Below, one piece after another: positions 28,667 to 38,874 of a DNA stretch of 64,000 bases. The DNA lies in contig CAMSCJ010000007.1 of the NCBI GenBank assembly GCA_947056845.1, positions 6,685 to 70,684 of the forward strand, given 5' to 3'. Positions within the stretch are counted from its first letter, which is position 1; each line of letters opens with the position of its first letter. Source of the DNA: an uncultured Mycoplasmatota bacterium (GTDB lineage Bacteria; Bacillota_I; Bacilli_A; RF39; UBA660). The notes under the pieces were generated by a model. It was not told the DNA's origin, did not search any database, and saw only the letters and a program-made list of their open reading frames with translations. A program made the position numbers and the translations under genes.

Positions 28667-29609
28667 TTAAATCACTCTCCACTTTTATTTCTAGACAATA
28701 TTGATTTAAAATATAGTCAAAATATTTATTATATTCTTTAAGGGTCCCCTCATTACAATCTACATAACCTAATGAAAACTCATTGCCGTAAGTATCCCTA
28801 TAAACGCAATCATTATAAATAATTATACCATCTAAAAGTTTCATACATATATCCCTATCTTTGACTAGCAAATTATCTTTATTGACTAAATAAAGCTTAT
28901 AATTAGGACATATATTCTTTATAAGTAATTTGAAAAAGTAATTTTTTTTGAATAATTCTAATTCTTCTTTATTACATACGAATATGTCAATCAAATATTT
29001 TCCCTCTTTTATAGAGCTTAATTTTTCAGTTAAATAATTAATTTCACGTAAAGAATCATCATATACTTTGTTATTGTAAAAATTAACAATTTTTAGAGTA
29101 AAATCATTTGGCAACATTTTATTCTTTTTAGATAACCAACTATATGTATTAGTTATTGAATCAAAAGTAAATATCCAATTATCAGGAATTGTCTTTAATG
29201 CTGTAAGATCGTATATCATTCCATTATAATCGTTTTCATTCTCTAATAGCTCATTAAGTTTTTGAAGCAAAATATAATAAATGCCTTTTTTTAATAAGTA
29301 TTCACTCTGAACATCAGTATATTTGGTTTCATCATTAATTAAATTTGTAATAATATAATTAACTTTTAAGTTCGTATTTATAATTCTTTTGGAATCGCTT
29401 ATTACAATAAGTGATATGTTCTTATTTTTTAATAAATTATTAAAATTGGTGTTTCCATCATCTATACAAATAACAGTTTTAATATCATTTGATAATTCTA
29501 GAATATCTGTTTCTACAATATAATCAATTTTTTCTGAGTCCATATAATTAGTTATAACTTTTAATATATTACTCTGTTTATTAGAATTAATAACTATCTT
29601 TTCATTCAT
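28650..29609 (-). CDS. hypothetical protein
   Basis: 319 aa. Overlaps the SDR start by 17 nt (same operon). No motif. Confidence 0.55.
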   Translation of the reverse strand: MNEKIVINSNKQSNILKVITNYMDSEKIDYIVETDILELSNDIKTVICIDDGNTNFNNLLKNKNISLIVISDSKRIINTNLKVNYIITNLINDETKYTDVQSEYLLKKGIYYILLQKLNELLENENDYNGMIYDLTALKTIPDNWIFTFDSITNTYSWLSKKNKMLPNDFTLKIVNFYNNKVYDDSLREINYLTEKLSSIKEGKYLIDIFVCNKEELELFKKNYFFKLLIKNICPNYKLYLVNKDNLLVKDRDICMKLLDGIIIYNDCVYRDTYGNEFSLGYVDCNEGTLKEYNKYFDYILNQYCLEIKVESDLNGFSR

Positions 29610-29627
29610 AAAGTTATCCTTCCATAA

Positions 29628-30401
29628 TTATTTTAAAATTTTTTGATGATCCGCAAATGATTTTTCTAATTGTGTTGGTCTTAATTGGTGCATCTGCTTA
29701 CAAAATTGAATTTCAGACCAAATTCTATTGGCAGTATCTTCACTACCATAATGTTTTAGTAGCATTCCATAAGAATATTCATGTAATAATTCATATTCAT
29801 TATGTGTTGGTAATTCTAAACCTTTATAATATGAAAAGTCATTAACAATTCCTAATTCCCATTGCTCTAGGCAATCATCATAATCAGCATCTGTATAAAA
29901 ATCCATAAGCAATTTTTGTTTTTCTTGCAAAGTCCAATTAGGATTGCGTAAAATATGATATCTAATATCAAAAGCACCTACGCCATGAACATTCGATGTT
30001 GCTCCAAACTTTCTCATCGCTTCATTAACTGCAAATGCCTTTTGTTCTTCAGTTAATTTGAAATTATGATTCCATAAACTCATTAATAAAAATGAATATC
30101 TACTATTAGAATTATCTCCAACAACAATTCTAGCAATATCTATCTTTGAATAGATATTGCTTAACAGTTCACTATAAGCTACTTGGTCTACCTCTTTATA
30201 ATCAATTAACATCGCACTAGCGATAGTTAATCCAGTTACTATATCTTTTTCATTCCATTTATCTTTTTTGACTTTGACTGCCTCTCTTAAGATATTTGGG
30301 TTATTTTTAATTCCTGCCCACATGCTATCAGGATCGCCAGATTGTGGGATGCCATACATAGCTTGATATAATTCATTATCTAATTTTTCTATATTTTCCA
30401 T
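29628..30401 (-). CDS. hypothetical protein
   Basis: 257 aa. First gene of a three-gene operon with the SDR. Confidence 0.55.
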   Translation of the reverse strand: MENIEKLDNELYQAMYGIPQSGDPDSMWAGIKNNPNILREAVKVKKDKWNEKDIVTGLTIASAMLIDYKEVDQVAYSELLSNIYSKIDIARIVVGDNSNSRYSFLLMSLWNHNFKLTEEQKAFAVNEAMRKFGATSNVHGVGAFDIRYHILRNPNWTLQEKQKLLMDFYTDADYDDCLEQWELGIVNDFSYYKGLELPTHNEYELLHEYSYGMLLKHYGSEDTANRIWSEIQFCKQMHQLRPTQLEKSFADHQKILK

Positions 30402-30546
30402 ACCTAAACCTCCATATTTATATTATAATATAAATTATTTTAAATTTAAATACTATTGTATGATTTTTTTCAATGACAAAAAATTATTCTTTTGAGGATA
30501 TTCAATTAGCTAAAGAATACTTTGATGAGAAAAGGCCTACACTAAT

Positions 30547-30588
30547 AAAAAAATAACCAAGTATTAAAATAAGGCTTGGTTTTCTTAA
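30547..30588. terminator. bidirectional intrinsic terminator
   Basis: Stem AACCAAG (30555-30561) / CTTGGTT (30575-30581), flanked by an A-run upstream and a T-run downstream. Confidence 0.5.
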
Positions 30589-30687
30589 GAATATATTTTA
30601 CTTAGATAATTTTCATCTATAATTTATAACCAACAATTCTTTTTTTACTATATTATAAGAATAATAAATTTATAATATATCTATACT

Positions 30688-30936
30688 TTAGTTTTTATAA
30701 CCACATAAACTCTTTGTAAGTTGTTTAACATTTTCTTCAATGGAATCTTGGTTTAAAGGAATATAATTATTACCATATTTAAAAAATAATTCACCTAATA
30801 ATTCTTGATATTTTTCATATCCTATTTCATAATCATCTTCAGTATACATTATTATATGATAATTTTTACGTATATATAGCAATCCTTCGCTTGGACGGTA
30901 TTGTGGTCCTAATAAACAGCCATTTTCAGTATGCAA
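30688..30936 (-). CDS. hypothetical ORF, possibly the 3' part of a disrupted gene
   Basis: The frame stays open another 48 codons upstream with no ATG/GTG (the track start is TTG). It overlaps the end of the YkgJ-like ORF in a different frame. Confidence 0.35.
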   Translation of the reverse strand: MHTENGCLLGPQYRPSEGLLYIRKNYHIIMYTEDDYEIGYEKYQELLGELFFKYGNNYIPLNQDSIEENVKQLTKSLCGYKN

Positions 30937-31039
30937 AATACAAGGATTATTACCATTAGCTACTTTGGAATCAAGAAGTATAGTGCTAACTAATTTTTCG
31001 TCAGCAAGCCCTCTAGGCCTTAAATATATATTTTGTCTA

Positions 31040-31342
31040 TTATAAGAAATAACTAAAACGACCAGACCTGTATTTAATATATTCAGAATTATTTATATCT
31101 AAAAAATCATTTGGAGCAAAAGCACAAGGAAATTGCGTACAACAAGCTCCACAACTTTTACATATAGTAGAAGAACAAAAAGTTTTTTCGATATCTAAAT
31201 CAGCATAATTACTCGTTATTTCAAAATAATCTAAATCTTGAGCACGACTATTATGAATATTAACTAATTTTATAAGTTCTTTCTTTTTATGAATTAAGTA
31301 TTGTTCCTCTAATGACATAATTATCACTCTCTTTAAACTCAA
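31040..31342 (-). CDS. YkgJ/UPF0153-like CxxCxxCC metal-binding domain protein
   Basis: CKSCGACCTQFPC motif. Confidence 0.6.
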   Translation of the reverse strand: MSLKRVIIMSLEEQYLIHKKKELIKLVNIHNSRAQDLDYFEITSNYADLDIEKTFCSSTICKSCGACCTQFPCAFAPNDFLDINNSEYIKYRSGRFSYFL

Positions 31343-31488
31343 ATATTTTTTATTTTTAACTATATAATTTTATGTCTATTGAGTTTGTATTATATAGTAA
31401 AAAATATATAATGTCAAATTTAACTTTTATGTGTGTATAATTAAATTTTAAGAAAAAGAAAAAAGTTAAATAAAATTAACCTTTTCTA

Positions 31489-31854
31489 TTAAGCGTCTTT
31501 ATTATTATTCTTCCATAGTCTTTCAATATTTATTTTTTCTTTTTCATAAAAAGCATCATATAAATTTATATTTAACAAATTACATACAGTAGTTAAAACA
31601 ATAAATACATCGGCTATTTCACCTTCAACCGTATCATAATTATTAATCTTATATTTATCTATGCACATATTTGTTTTTTCTTTTCTAATAGCCTTAGCAA
31701 GCTCACCTACTTCTTCTACTAATAATAGCATCGCTTGTTCAATTGGTTGATTGCCAAAACCTCTAATTTCAATAACTTTTTTTATATAATCTTGAATATC
31801 ATTCAATTCCATCTGACTATTTAATTGGCTATATAAGTTTTTTTGTTCTTCCAT
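31489..31854 (-). CDS. MazG-like nucleotide pyrophosphohydrolase (small single-domain)
   Basis: EEVGELAKAIRK and ...IADVFIVL motifs of the MazG/NTP-PPase fold. Confidence 0.7.
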   Translation of the reverse strand: MEEQKNLYSQLNSQMELNDIQDYIKKVIEIRGFGNQPIEQAMLLLVEEVGELAKAIRKEKTNMCIDKYKINNYDTVEGEIADVFIVLTTVCNLLNINLYDAFYEKEKINIERLWKNNNKDA

Positions 31855-31922
31855 ATTTTCACCTCATCCTAATTATATCACATATATTATTTATAGTTAA
31901 CTTTTTTGCAATTTCTAGCATT

Positions 31923-32632
31923 TCAATCATCTAGATTTTGTTTAGATACTATCGCCCAAGATAATATTTTGCCTTTAACTTTTTCATCATAAGAAACATG
32001 ATCTGGAAATTCAGAAAGACCCCAATAGTTTAAAAGTTCGTTTGCTACATTTTTCATCATTTCTCTTTTTGATTTATGATCTTTTAATCTAAGATTAATT
32101 TCATCATTGCTTTTACCTTTCTTTTTATAATTTTCTATCAAAGTATTAGCAAATTCGCTAGTATAGCCATTACTATCATAAATAGTAATGTCGACTTTTG
32201 GTCTTAATACATGTTCAATTTCTAATAATGGAAACCCAAACATTCCTGTACAACTAAAACCATTTATCTCTAGCCAATTTTTATCTGGTAACGCAACTTT
32301 TACTTCTATCTTATCTTGTTCAATTTTATTATTTTGTTTAAGAATTTTTAAAATTCCTTCATATAAATTATATCTAGCAACAAAAATAAATAATGGATTA
32401 TTTATTAAATCTTCATTTAATTTATCATTCTCGAATATTGAAACATCTAAATTTAAAAGCGATTTCAAATAATTAAGTTGTTTTTTATTTAAATTATTGC
32501 TATTTTGATTTATATTAAATAATAACTCGTCTCTATCAGTTAATAAACTATCTATATCACTAAGTATTTTAGTTTCGGCCCAGCTGGTATATCTATTGTA
32601 AAAAGTCCTTCTGATTCATTTTTTTTGTCCAT
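31923..32632 (-). pseudogene. frameshifted gene of unknown function next to the DNA methyltransferase
   Basis: A 26-codon ORF with strong RBS (GGAGG, then ATG at complement 32630-32632) stops at TAG. The -1 frame is open from there into the 181-aa track ORF (31923..32468), which has a TTG start and no RBS. Confidence 0.5.
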
Positions 32633-32644
32633 ATCTCATACCTC

Positions 32645-33529
32645 CTATAATTTTTTATATTTTAGCTCTTTTTCAGCCAATAAATAATATGCTCTTGCAC
32701 TTGTATTATCAAAAGATGTCGTTATATCCATAAAACAATTTTTGGTATTATGAAGATTATCTATATACTTTTGCAATAAAGTAGATAGACCATCAAAATT
32801 ATTTACTTCATTGTTACTTGGTATATCAGTATTAAAAGTATATCCAAATTGATGCAATTCCTCATATATTGAATTTTCAGATGTAATGGCGGCTATTCTT
32901 CCATGATTTTGTAATAGTTCAAAACATTTATTAAAGAAAAATAAATCCAATCTATTTTTAAATGGTGGGTTCATTATTATATGGGTAAAACTTGGAAGGT
33001 TACCTTTACTTATATAATCTTCAAAGGTTGAATTAATGATCTTTGTATATCCTTTGGATTTTAAAATAGGAATACATCTCGCATCTGGCTCAACTAAATA
33101 TATATTTTTTTTGGGTATTTTTATATTATCAGTAAGATTGCCAATTCCTGCCGATGGATCTAATAAAATTGAATTTTCACTGCTTGTATTATTTATATAA
33201 TTCGATAAATATTGAATTAGACATTTTTTTGTATAATAACTTTGCGTTTGTTCTCTCTTTAGTATTTTTCCATCTATTTTGCAATTGTCTTTTATTCTAC
33301 TTAAAGATAAATTTATAATATAAATATATTTTTCTAACTCATTATAATTCAATAATGCATTATCTGGTAATATATAACATTTATATCTTTCGGACCAAAT
33401 TATTCCATACTCCTGTACCAATAAAGAAAACACCTTTTGTTTTTCATTAGGAATAAATCTAATTCCAATCAATGGAGAAAAATCATCTTCATATCTTAAA
33501 TTAGGTTTAAAATATACAATTTCATACAT
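32645..33529 (-). CDS. N6-adenine DNA methyltransferase (motif I then motif IV NPPF)
   Basis: LLDPSAGIGNL (motif I, AdoMet binding) and IIMNPPF (motif IV). RBS GGAGG. Confidence 0.7.
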   Translation of the reverse strand: MYEIVYFKPNLRYEDDFSPLIGIRFIPNEKQKVFSLLVQEYGIIWSERYKCYILPDNALLNYNELEKYIYIINLSLSRIKDNCKIDGKILKREQTQSYYTKKCLIQYLSNYINNTSSENSILLDPSAGIGNLTDNIKIPKKNIYLVEPDARCIPILKSKGYTKIINSTFEDYISKGNLPSFTHIIMNPPFKNRLDLFFFNKCFELLQNHGRIAAITSENSIYEELHQFGYTFNTDIPSNNEVNNFDGLSTLLQKYIDNLHNTKNCFMDITTSFDNTSARAYYLLAEKELKYKKL

Positions 33530-33759
33530 AAGAATTCCTCCAATATAATTAAATAATGAATATACAGGTATATTTTATAATTAGCTTTTTGAATTATAAT
33601 AAAAGTTATAAATTTTATACTTTTATTAATTTCTTATTTTATCATTTATTTAACTTTTGTCAATATGATAAATTTTAAGAATCAAAATATTTTTAAATTA
33701 TAGAACAAATTTAATTTATTTGAAGTGAATTTCTATAATCATTATACTAAAAAGTATTT

Positions 33760-33781
33760 TAAATCATTAAAAAAACTTGCC
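33760..33781 (-). terminator. intrinsic terminator downstream of tRNA-Arg
   Basis: ACTTGC...GCAAGT hairpin followed by a U7 run on the minus strand. Confidence 0.45.
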
Positions 33782-33801
33782 TAAGCAAGTATTTTATAAA
33801 A

Positions 33802-33878
<77 letters not shown>

Positions 33879-33921
33879 AAGTGCTCATTAGAACACATAA
33901 ATTATACACCATTTATTTTTT

Positions 33922-34887
33922 TTATTCAATAGTTTTTAATACACTTTTTATAATTTCTTCATCATCTACTAAAATATTTACTTCTTTTACATCGTAATTA
34001 TCCCTAACTGACAATCCAATTGTATATATAACCTCTTCTAAAATATCTTTTTCGTCATAATTATTAAAAATATAGGCATTAAAATTTAAGTCTAATTTAT
34101 CAATGGTTTCATTAGCTGCTAATAGTTTTGTATTGCTATTTAAATAACTCATTAGATTACTATTATATATTGATGAACTTGTAAGTTCTTCAACAATGAT
34201 TTTTATTTTTTCTCTATCATCATTCATATATTTAGTTACAGGAACATAATAGGTATCTTCATTATATTTATTAACATAGTAAACAGTTACACTACATATA
34301 TCTTTGGTACTTTTTATATCATATTTTTTATTGATACCATATTTTCTATTTAAAGTACTAGGTAAATTAAGCCCTGTTTTGGGTAATTTATTTAAAACTT
34401 TTCCATCAATATAAATAATGATACTATCAACACCATCAATACTAGTTAATGTATAAATTAATGCCTCAATAATTTTTTCTTCATATTTTTCTTCTACATC
34501 TAATAATTCACTAGAAAAATTAATCTTTAATACACCATCATTATATTCAATACTTAAGATTTTTGTTTCACTAGGTAAAATAGCTTTAAATCCGTTAGGA
34601 ACCTTACTTTCACCACTTCCACCTTTTATTAAAATATTAATTAATTCAGTAGCTTTCTTTTCTATTTCTGTTTCGGAAACAACAACTTGTGTTCGTGCTA
34701 AATAATTATAGCTATCTAATAAAAATATTTCATTTGTTTTAATTTCATTATCAACATACGAAAGCTCCTGATTTAAATTGCCAGTTAAATCCAGTTCATC
34801 TGTCGATGGAATAATATATAATAATAATATAGCAAATAAAGCTGATGTTGAAATAAATATTCTTTTAACCCAAAATCTTTTTAACAT
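33922..34887 (-). CDS. GerMN-domain protein (GerM-like)
   Basis: N-terminal TM, then two sporulation/germination GerMN-like repeats (…IIIYIDGK…, …VNILVDDEEI…). Confidence 0.55.
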   Translation of the reverse strand: MLKRFWVKRIFISTSALFAILLLYIIPSTDELDLTGNLNQELSYVDNEIKTNEIFLLDSYNYLARTQVVVSETEIEKKATELINILIKGGSGESKVPNGFKAILPSETKILSIEYNDGVLKINFSSELLDVEEKYEEKIIEALIYTLTSIDGVDSIIIYIDGKVLNKLPKTGLNLPSTLNRKYGINKKYDIKSTKDICSVTVYYVNKYNEDTYYVPVTKYMNDDREKIKIIVEELTSSSIYNSNLMSYLNSNTKLLAANETIDKLDLNFNAYIFNNYDEKDILEEVIYTIGLSVRDNYDVKEVNILVDDEEIIKSVLKTIE

Positions 34888-34936
34888 GTTTCCACCTCTA
34901 AATAATGATATGAAAAAAAACGTAGTTTAATACGTT

Positions 34937-35143
34937 TTATAATGAAATTTCTCCAAGTTTTAAAAGTTCTACTACGGCTCCAGCACGTCCTTTAACGCCT
35001 AGTTTTTGCATTGCATTTGAAATATGATTTCGAACGGTCTTTTCACTTATATCTAAAACAGAAGCTATATCTTTAGTTGACTGATTCTTAATGAGCAACT
35101 CAAAAACTTCTTTTTCTCTTTTAGTAAGTATACTTTTATTCAT
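34937..35143 (-). CDS. gerE: LuxR-type sporulation regulator GerE
   Basis: LLTKREKEVFELLIKNQSTKDIASVLDISEKTVRNHISNAMQKLGVKGRAGAVVELLKLGEISL is near-identical in pattern to B. subtilis GerE. Start MNKSIL preferred over the longer ORF-track start. Confidence 0.85.
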   Translation of the reverse strand: MNKSILTKREKEVFELLIKNQSTKDIASVLDISEKTVRNHISNAMQKLGVKGRAGAVVELLKLGEISL

Positions 35144-35258
35144 ATGTCCCTCACTTCCTAAGTCGGGTGGTTTATATTTCTTCAATTTTATTTTATGTGA
35201 TATTTAATATTTAGTGCCATATATAGCCTATTTTTACAATAAAAAAAGCTTTTAAAAG

Positions 35259-35774
35259 CTATTTTTGAAATTTAACCGATATATACATTTTGCTATCATA
35301 ATTCTCTTGTACAGTTCTCATGATATTGTTTGCTAATGTCGTATCATGTTTATCGCTAGCGACAATCACACGAATTTGGTCACCATCTTTTTTAACAAAA
35401 GATTCTAAATTATATTTTTCCTTAATGAGTTTTTCTAATTTTTCTTCCTCACTTTTTGACATATTTAAAGCTTTCATTTGTTCAAAAGCATTATTCTTTT
35501 CTTCAACAGTTGATTCAACATTGGTTAATATTGCTTTCAAATCCTCCATTTCATTTAACATCTGTTCTTCGGCTTCGACTCTTAAAGCCACTAATATTTC
35601 ACTTTCTTCAATACTAACTTGTAAGTCATTATTATCTTCTGTTTTAGATACTGGACTTTCATTTAAATAGCCATTATTGAGTAATAATTCTGATGGCATA
35701 GTTATATAGTAAACACTTAATACTAATATTAAACTAAATAAAGTTAAAAACCACAAATTCTTTTTATTTATCAT
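35259..35774 (-). CDS. membrane protein with coiled coil (SpoIIIAH-like?)
   Basis: N-terminal TM, acidic coiled coil, and a C-terminal ...IRVIVASDKHDTTLANNIMRTVQE resembling the YscJ/FliF-like fold of SpoIIIAH. Weak assignment. Confidence 0.3.
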   Translation of the reverse strand: MINKKNLWFLTLFSLILVLSVYYITMPSELLLNNGYLNESPVSKTEDNNDLQVSIEESEILVALRVEAEEQMLNEMEDLKAILTNVESTVEEKNNAFEQMKALNMSKSEEEKLEKLIKEKYNLESFVKKDGDQIRVIVASDKHDTTLANNIMRTVQENYDSKMYISVKFQK

Positions 35775-35847
35775 ATATTCCTCCTAGTAATTTCTATCTA
35801 GTAAAATATATTATTAATAAATAATTTTATGACAAAAAAATAAGGCT

Positions 35848-37602
35848 TTATTCCTTATTTTCTATAATTTGTTTTAGCATATCCATAAATTCTTGATTCT
35901 CTAAAGTATTTGTTTCTTGCTCTCCAAACTTACGATAAGAGATGGTATTGTTTTCACGCTCTTTATCGCCTATGATAAGTGTAAATGGTATTTTTTTAGT
36001 TTGACTCTCACGCATTTTATAAGAAAGTTTTTCATCACGACTATCTAATTCGACACGATAACCTTGATTGTCTAATAATTCATATAATTCACTCGCATAT
36101 TCTAAATGATACTCTTGATTAACAGGAATTATATTGACTTGAACTGGTGCTAACCAAGTTGGAAATGCTCCTTTATATCTTTCAATCAAATAGGCCATGA
36201 AACGGTCAATTGAGCCAAATACTGCTCGATGAAGAACGACTGGTGTTTTTTTTATTCCATCACGGTCAACATATTTTAAATCAAACTTAGCTGGTAAACA
36301 GAAATCCAATTGACAAGTCGATAATGTATATTCATTTCCAACAGCTGGTTTAACGTTAACGTCTAGTTTTGGGCCATAGAAGGCTGCTTCCCCAATTTCT
36401 TCTGTATACTCAATATTTAGAGAATTTAAAACCTCTCTTAATTCATTTTCTGCTTTATTCCACATTTCATCATCAGGATAATATTTCTCTTTATCAAGTG
36501 GGTCACGTAATGATAATACACAATGATAATCCTCGATTTTAAAATCTTTATAAGAATCAAAAATTAAATCTACAACTTTCTTAAACTCATCTTTTATTTG
36601 TTCTGGAGTTACGAAAAGATGGGCATCATTTTGACAGAAATGTCTACCTCTTTCAAGGCCTTTAACTGCACCACTCGCTTCATAACGGAAATCATGAGCG
36701 ATTTCACCAATTCTAATTGGTAAATCTTTATAAGAATGTAATTTATTAGCATATATCATCATGTGATGTGGACAGTTCATTGGTCTTAAAACAAAGGATT
36801 CTCCATCAACTTCCATGACTGGAAACATGTTTTCTTTGTAATGATCCCAGTGTCCACTAGTTTTATATAACTCAACATTTCCAACACATGGTGTCATAAC
36901 ATGTAGATATCCTAGTTTTCTTTCTTTATCTTTAATATAATTTTCTAATTGTTGCCAAATAATATACCCGTTTGGAAGTAACATAGGTAGGCCTCTACCA
37001 ACTAAATCATCAGCCATAAATAATTCTAAGTATGCACCTATTTTACGATGATCTCTTTCTTTAGCTTCTTCTAATTCTTTTAAATGAGCTTCTAAATCTT
37101 CGGCTGTTTCAAAACAAATACCGTAAATACGTTGCAACATTTTATTTTTAGAGTCCCCTTTAAAATAAGCACCACTAACTTTTAATAATTTAAAATGCTT
37201 TAATTCTTTTACTGTATCAACATGTGGTCCTCGACAAAGATCAGTAAAATCTCCTTGTGAATAACAACTTATAACCGTATTTTCTTCATCCATTCTAGAA
37301 ATTAAATCTATTTTATATTCATCATCTTTAAACATTTCTAAAGCTTCTTCTTTAGAAAGTTCATGTCTAACAATACGTTTACCATCTTTAGAAATCTTTT
37401 TCATTTCACGTTCTATCGCTGGTAAATCATCTTCTGTAATGGAATTATCCCCTAAATCAATATCATAATAGAACCCGTCTTCAATTACTGGACCAACCCA
37501 AAATTTAGCATTTGGGTATAAATGTTTTACAGCTTGAGCAAGTAAATGCGCACAACTGTGGTTTAATATACTTAAATTTTCATGTTCTTTAATATTTATC
37601 AT
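35848..37602 (-). CDS. thrS: threonine--tRNA ligase (no N-terminal TGS domain)
   Basis: Begins at the second additional domain (SCAHLLAQAV), then class II core and anticodon-binding domain. 584 aa. Confidence 0.9.
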   Translation of the reverse strand: MINIKEHENLSILNHSCAHLLAQAVKHLYPNAKFWVGPVIEDGFYYDIDLGDNSITEDDLPAIEREMKKISKDGKRIVRHELSKEEALEMFKDDEYKIDLISRMDEENTVISCYSQGDFTDLCRGPHVDTVKELKHFKLLKVSGAYFKGDSKNKMLQRIYGICFETAEDLEAHLKELEEAKERDHRKIGAYLELFMADDLVGRGLPMLLPNGYIIWQQLENYIKDKERKLGYLHVMTPCVGNVELYKTSGHWDHYKENMFPVMEVDGESFVLRPMNCPHHMMIYANKLHSYKDLPIRIGEIAHDFRYEASGAVKGLERGRHFCQNDAHLFVTPEQIKDEFKKVVDLIFDSYKDFKIEDYHCVLSLRDPLDKEKYYPDDEMWNKAENELREVLNSLNIEYTEEIGEAAFYGPKLDVNVKPAVGNEYTLSTCQLDFCLPAKFDLKYVDRDGIKKTPVVLHRAVFGSIDRFMAYLIERYKGAFPTWLAPVQVNIIPVNQEYHLEYASELYELLDNQGYRVELDSRDEKLSYKMRESQTKKIPFTLIIGDKERENNTISYRKFGEQETNTLENQEFMDMLKQIIENKE

Positions 37603-37869
37603 TTTATCTCTCCTTTTCAGTATTCTTATAATCTAGTATTTACTAATATTATATTTGTAAATAAAAAAATACGTTCCTATTATAACAAGGAGCGTATTTA
37701 CGCGGTACCATCCTACCTTTTAACTTAATTTATTTAGATAACGGTATAACCGGAATATTATTAGTATTCACTCATAGGGAGTAATTATTAAATAAATTTA
37801 TTAGGTCACAGCACCCCTAACTCTCTTTAAAATTTAATTTTAATAATCATGTCCTAATCATCGCATTTA
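37603..37869 (-). promoter_or_regulatory. T-box riboswitch leader (Thr specifier candidate ACC)
   Basis: Minus strand carries AGAGAG early, GUGACCUAA as specifier candidate, the T-box GGUAGGAUGGUACCGCG (plus 37701-37716), and a terminator hairpin plus U-run just before the RBS. Confidence 0.75.
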
Positions 37870-37876
37870 CAAATAT

Positions 37877-37904
37877 ATTGTATCATTTATATTTTTTTTG
37901 TCAA
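37877..37904 (-). promoter_or_regulatory. thrS leader promoter (TTGACA complement 37899-37904, 16 nt, TACAAT complement 37877-37882)
   Basis: Read directly. Confidence 0.5.
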
Positions 37905-37949
37905 TTACTTTTTGACTGTAGTATTGCTATTTTTTACATTTTCTAATTA

Positions 37950-38867
37950 CTAATTTCTTAAATTTTGACTTATCATTTCTATTTGTGATGTTAATTGTTT
38001 TATCCTTTCAGTAATTCTACCTGCTTTTATAACATCAACACCATCTCGTGTCACACTCAAATGTTCTTTTAGTTGGTCTAAAGTTAAATTTGAAGTAAAA
38101 AAGGTTGGTAGCTTTTGTTCCATACGGTATTGAACTAGTGGGCATAAAATTTCATCTCTACCCCATGCAGTTATTATTTCAGCCCCTATATCATCAATTA
38201 ATAATATTGGTGTTTTCTTTGCTAATTCATATTTTTCATTATAATCATTTTGGAATGAGGCTTTTAGTTCTCTTAAAAAATCTGGCCAAAAGATAATTGT
38301 GCTTTTGAATCCTTTTTTTGCTAATTCATTTAGCATAGCTGTAAGCAAATAAGTCTTACCACTTCCAAAATTGCCACACACATATAATCCCTTTAAATGC
38401 TTCTCATTAGGATAATCATCAATAAATTGTTTAATAGAAGATATAACCTTAAATCTATTTTTATCATTAGTAAAAATATCTTTCATTTTAGCATCTTTTA
38501 AATAAACTGATGAACCAATAACACTAATATTTTTTAAATAACGATTTTCTTCTTCCAATTTTTTTAGATATTTGCACTTCTTATATTTAAAGATTAATGC
38601 ATCGTTTTTTTCAATTGGAAGATAAGCTAAACCCTCTATTTTATTTTTACATTCTAAAATTGATTTACAATTTTGACAGTTATGATATTCTAAACTAGAT
38701 TGTTCTAAAGAAGATGTATAATTTTGCAAATGATTACGATCTAATTTTAGGTGTGAAACTAAATTTTTGAATTTAGAATCTTTAAGGGCCTCATCATAAT
38801 TTTTTTTCAAGTCTTCATTATAGTCCTTATTATATAAATTTTTAACACTATCTTTAATCGTTTTCAT
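37950..38867 (-). CDS. dnaI: primosomal protein DnaI (helicase loader)
   Basis: N-terminal Zn-binding CxxC pairs and IstB-like AAA+ domain with Walker A GNFGSGKTYL. Confidence 0.85.
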   Translation of the reverse strand: MKTIKDSVKNLYNKDYNEDLKKNYDEALKDSKFKNLVSHLKLDRNHLQNYTSSLEQSSLEYHNCQNCKSILECKNKIEGLAYLPIEKNDALIFKYKKCKYLKKLEEENRYLKNISVIGSSVYLKDAKMKDIFTNDKNRFKVISSIKQFIDDYPNEKHLKGLYVCGNFGSGKTYLLTAMLNELAKKGFKSTIIFWPDFLRELKASFQNDYNEKYELAKKTPILLIDDIGAEIITAWGRDEILCPLVQYRMEQKLPTFFTSNLTLDQLKEHLSVTRDGVDVIKAGRITERIKQLTSQIEMISQNLRN

Positions 38868-38874
38868 ACATCAC

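Noticed and set aside
33530-33801. Possible att site or integrase footprint between the methyltransferase and tRNA-Arg
   Set aside because: Only a tRNA terminator hairpin and AT-rich promoter-like sequence. No repeat of the tRNA 3' end was recognisable by eye. Needs a computational search.
35320-35670. 116-aa plus-strand ORF inside the SpoIIIAH-like gene
   Set aside because: Antisense, serine- and leucine-rich junk.
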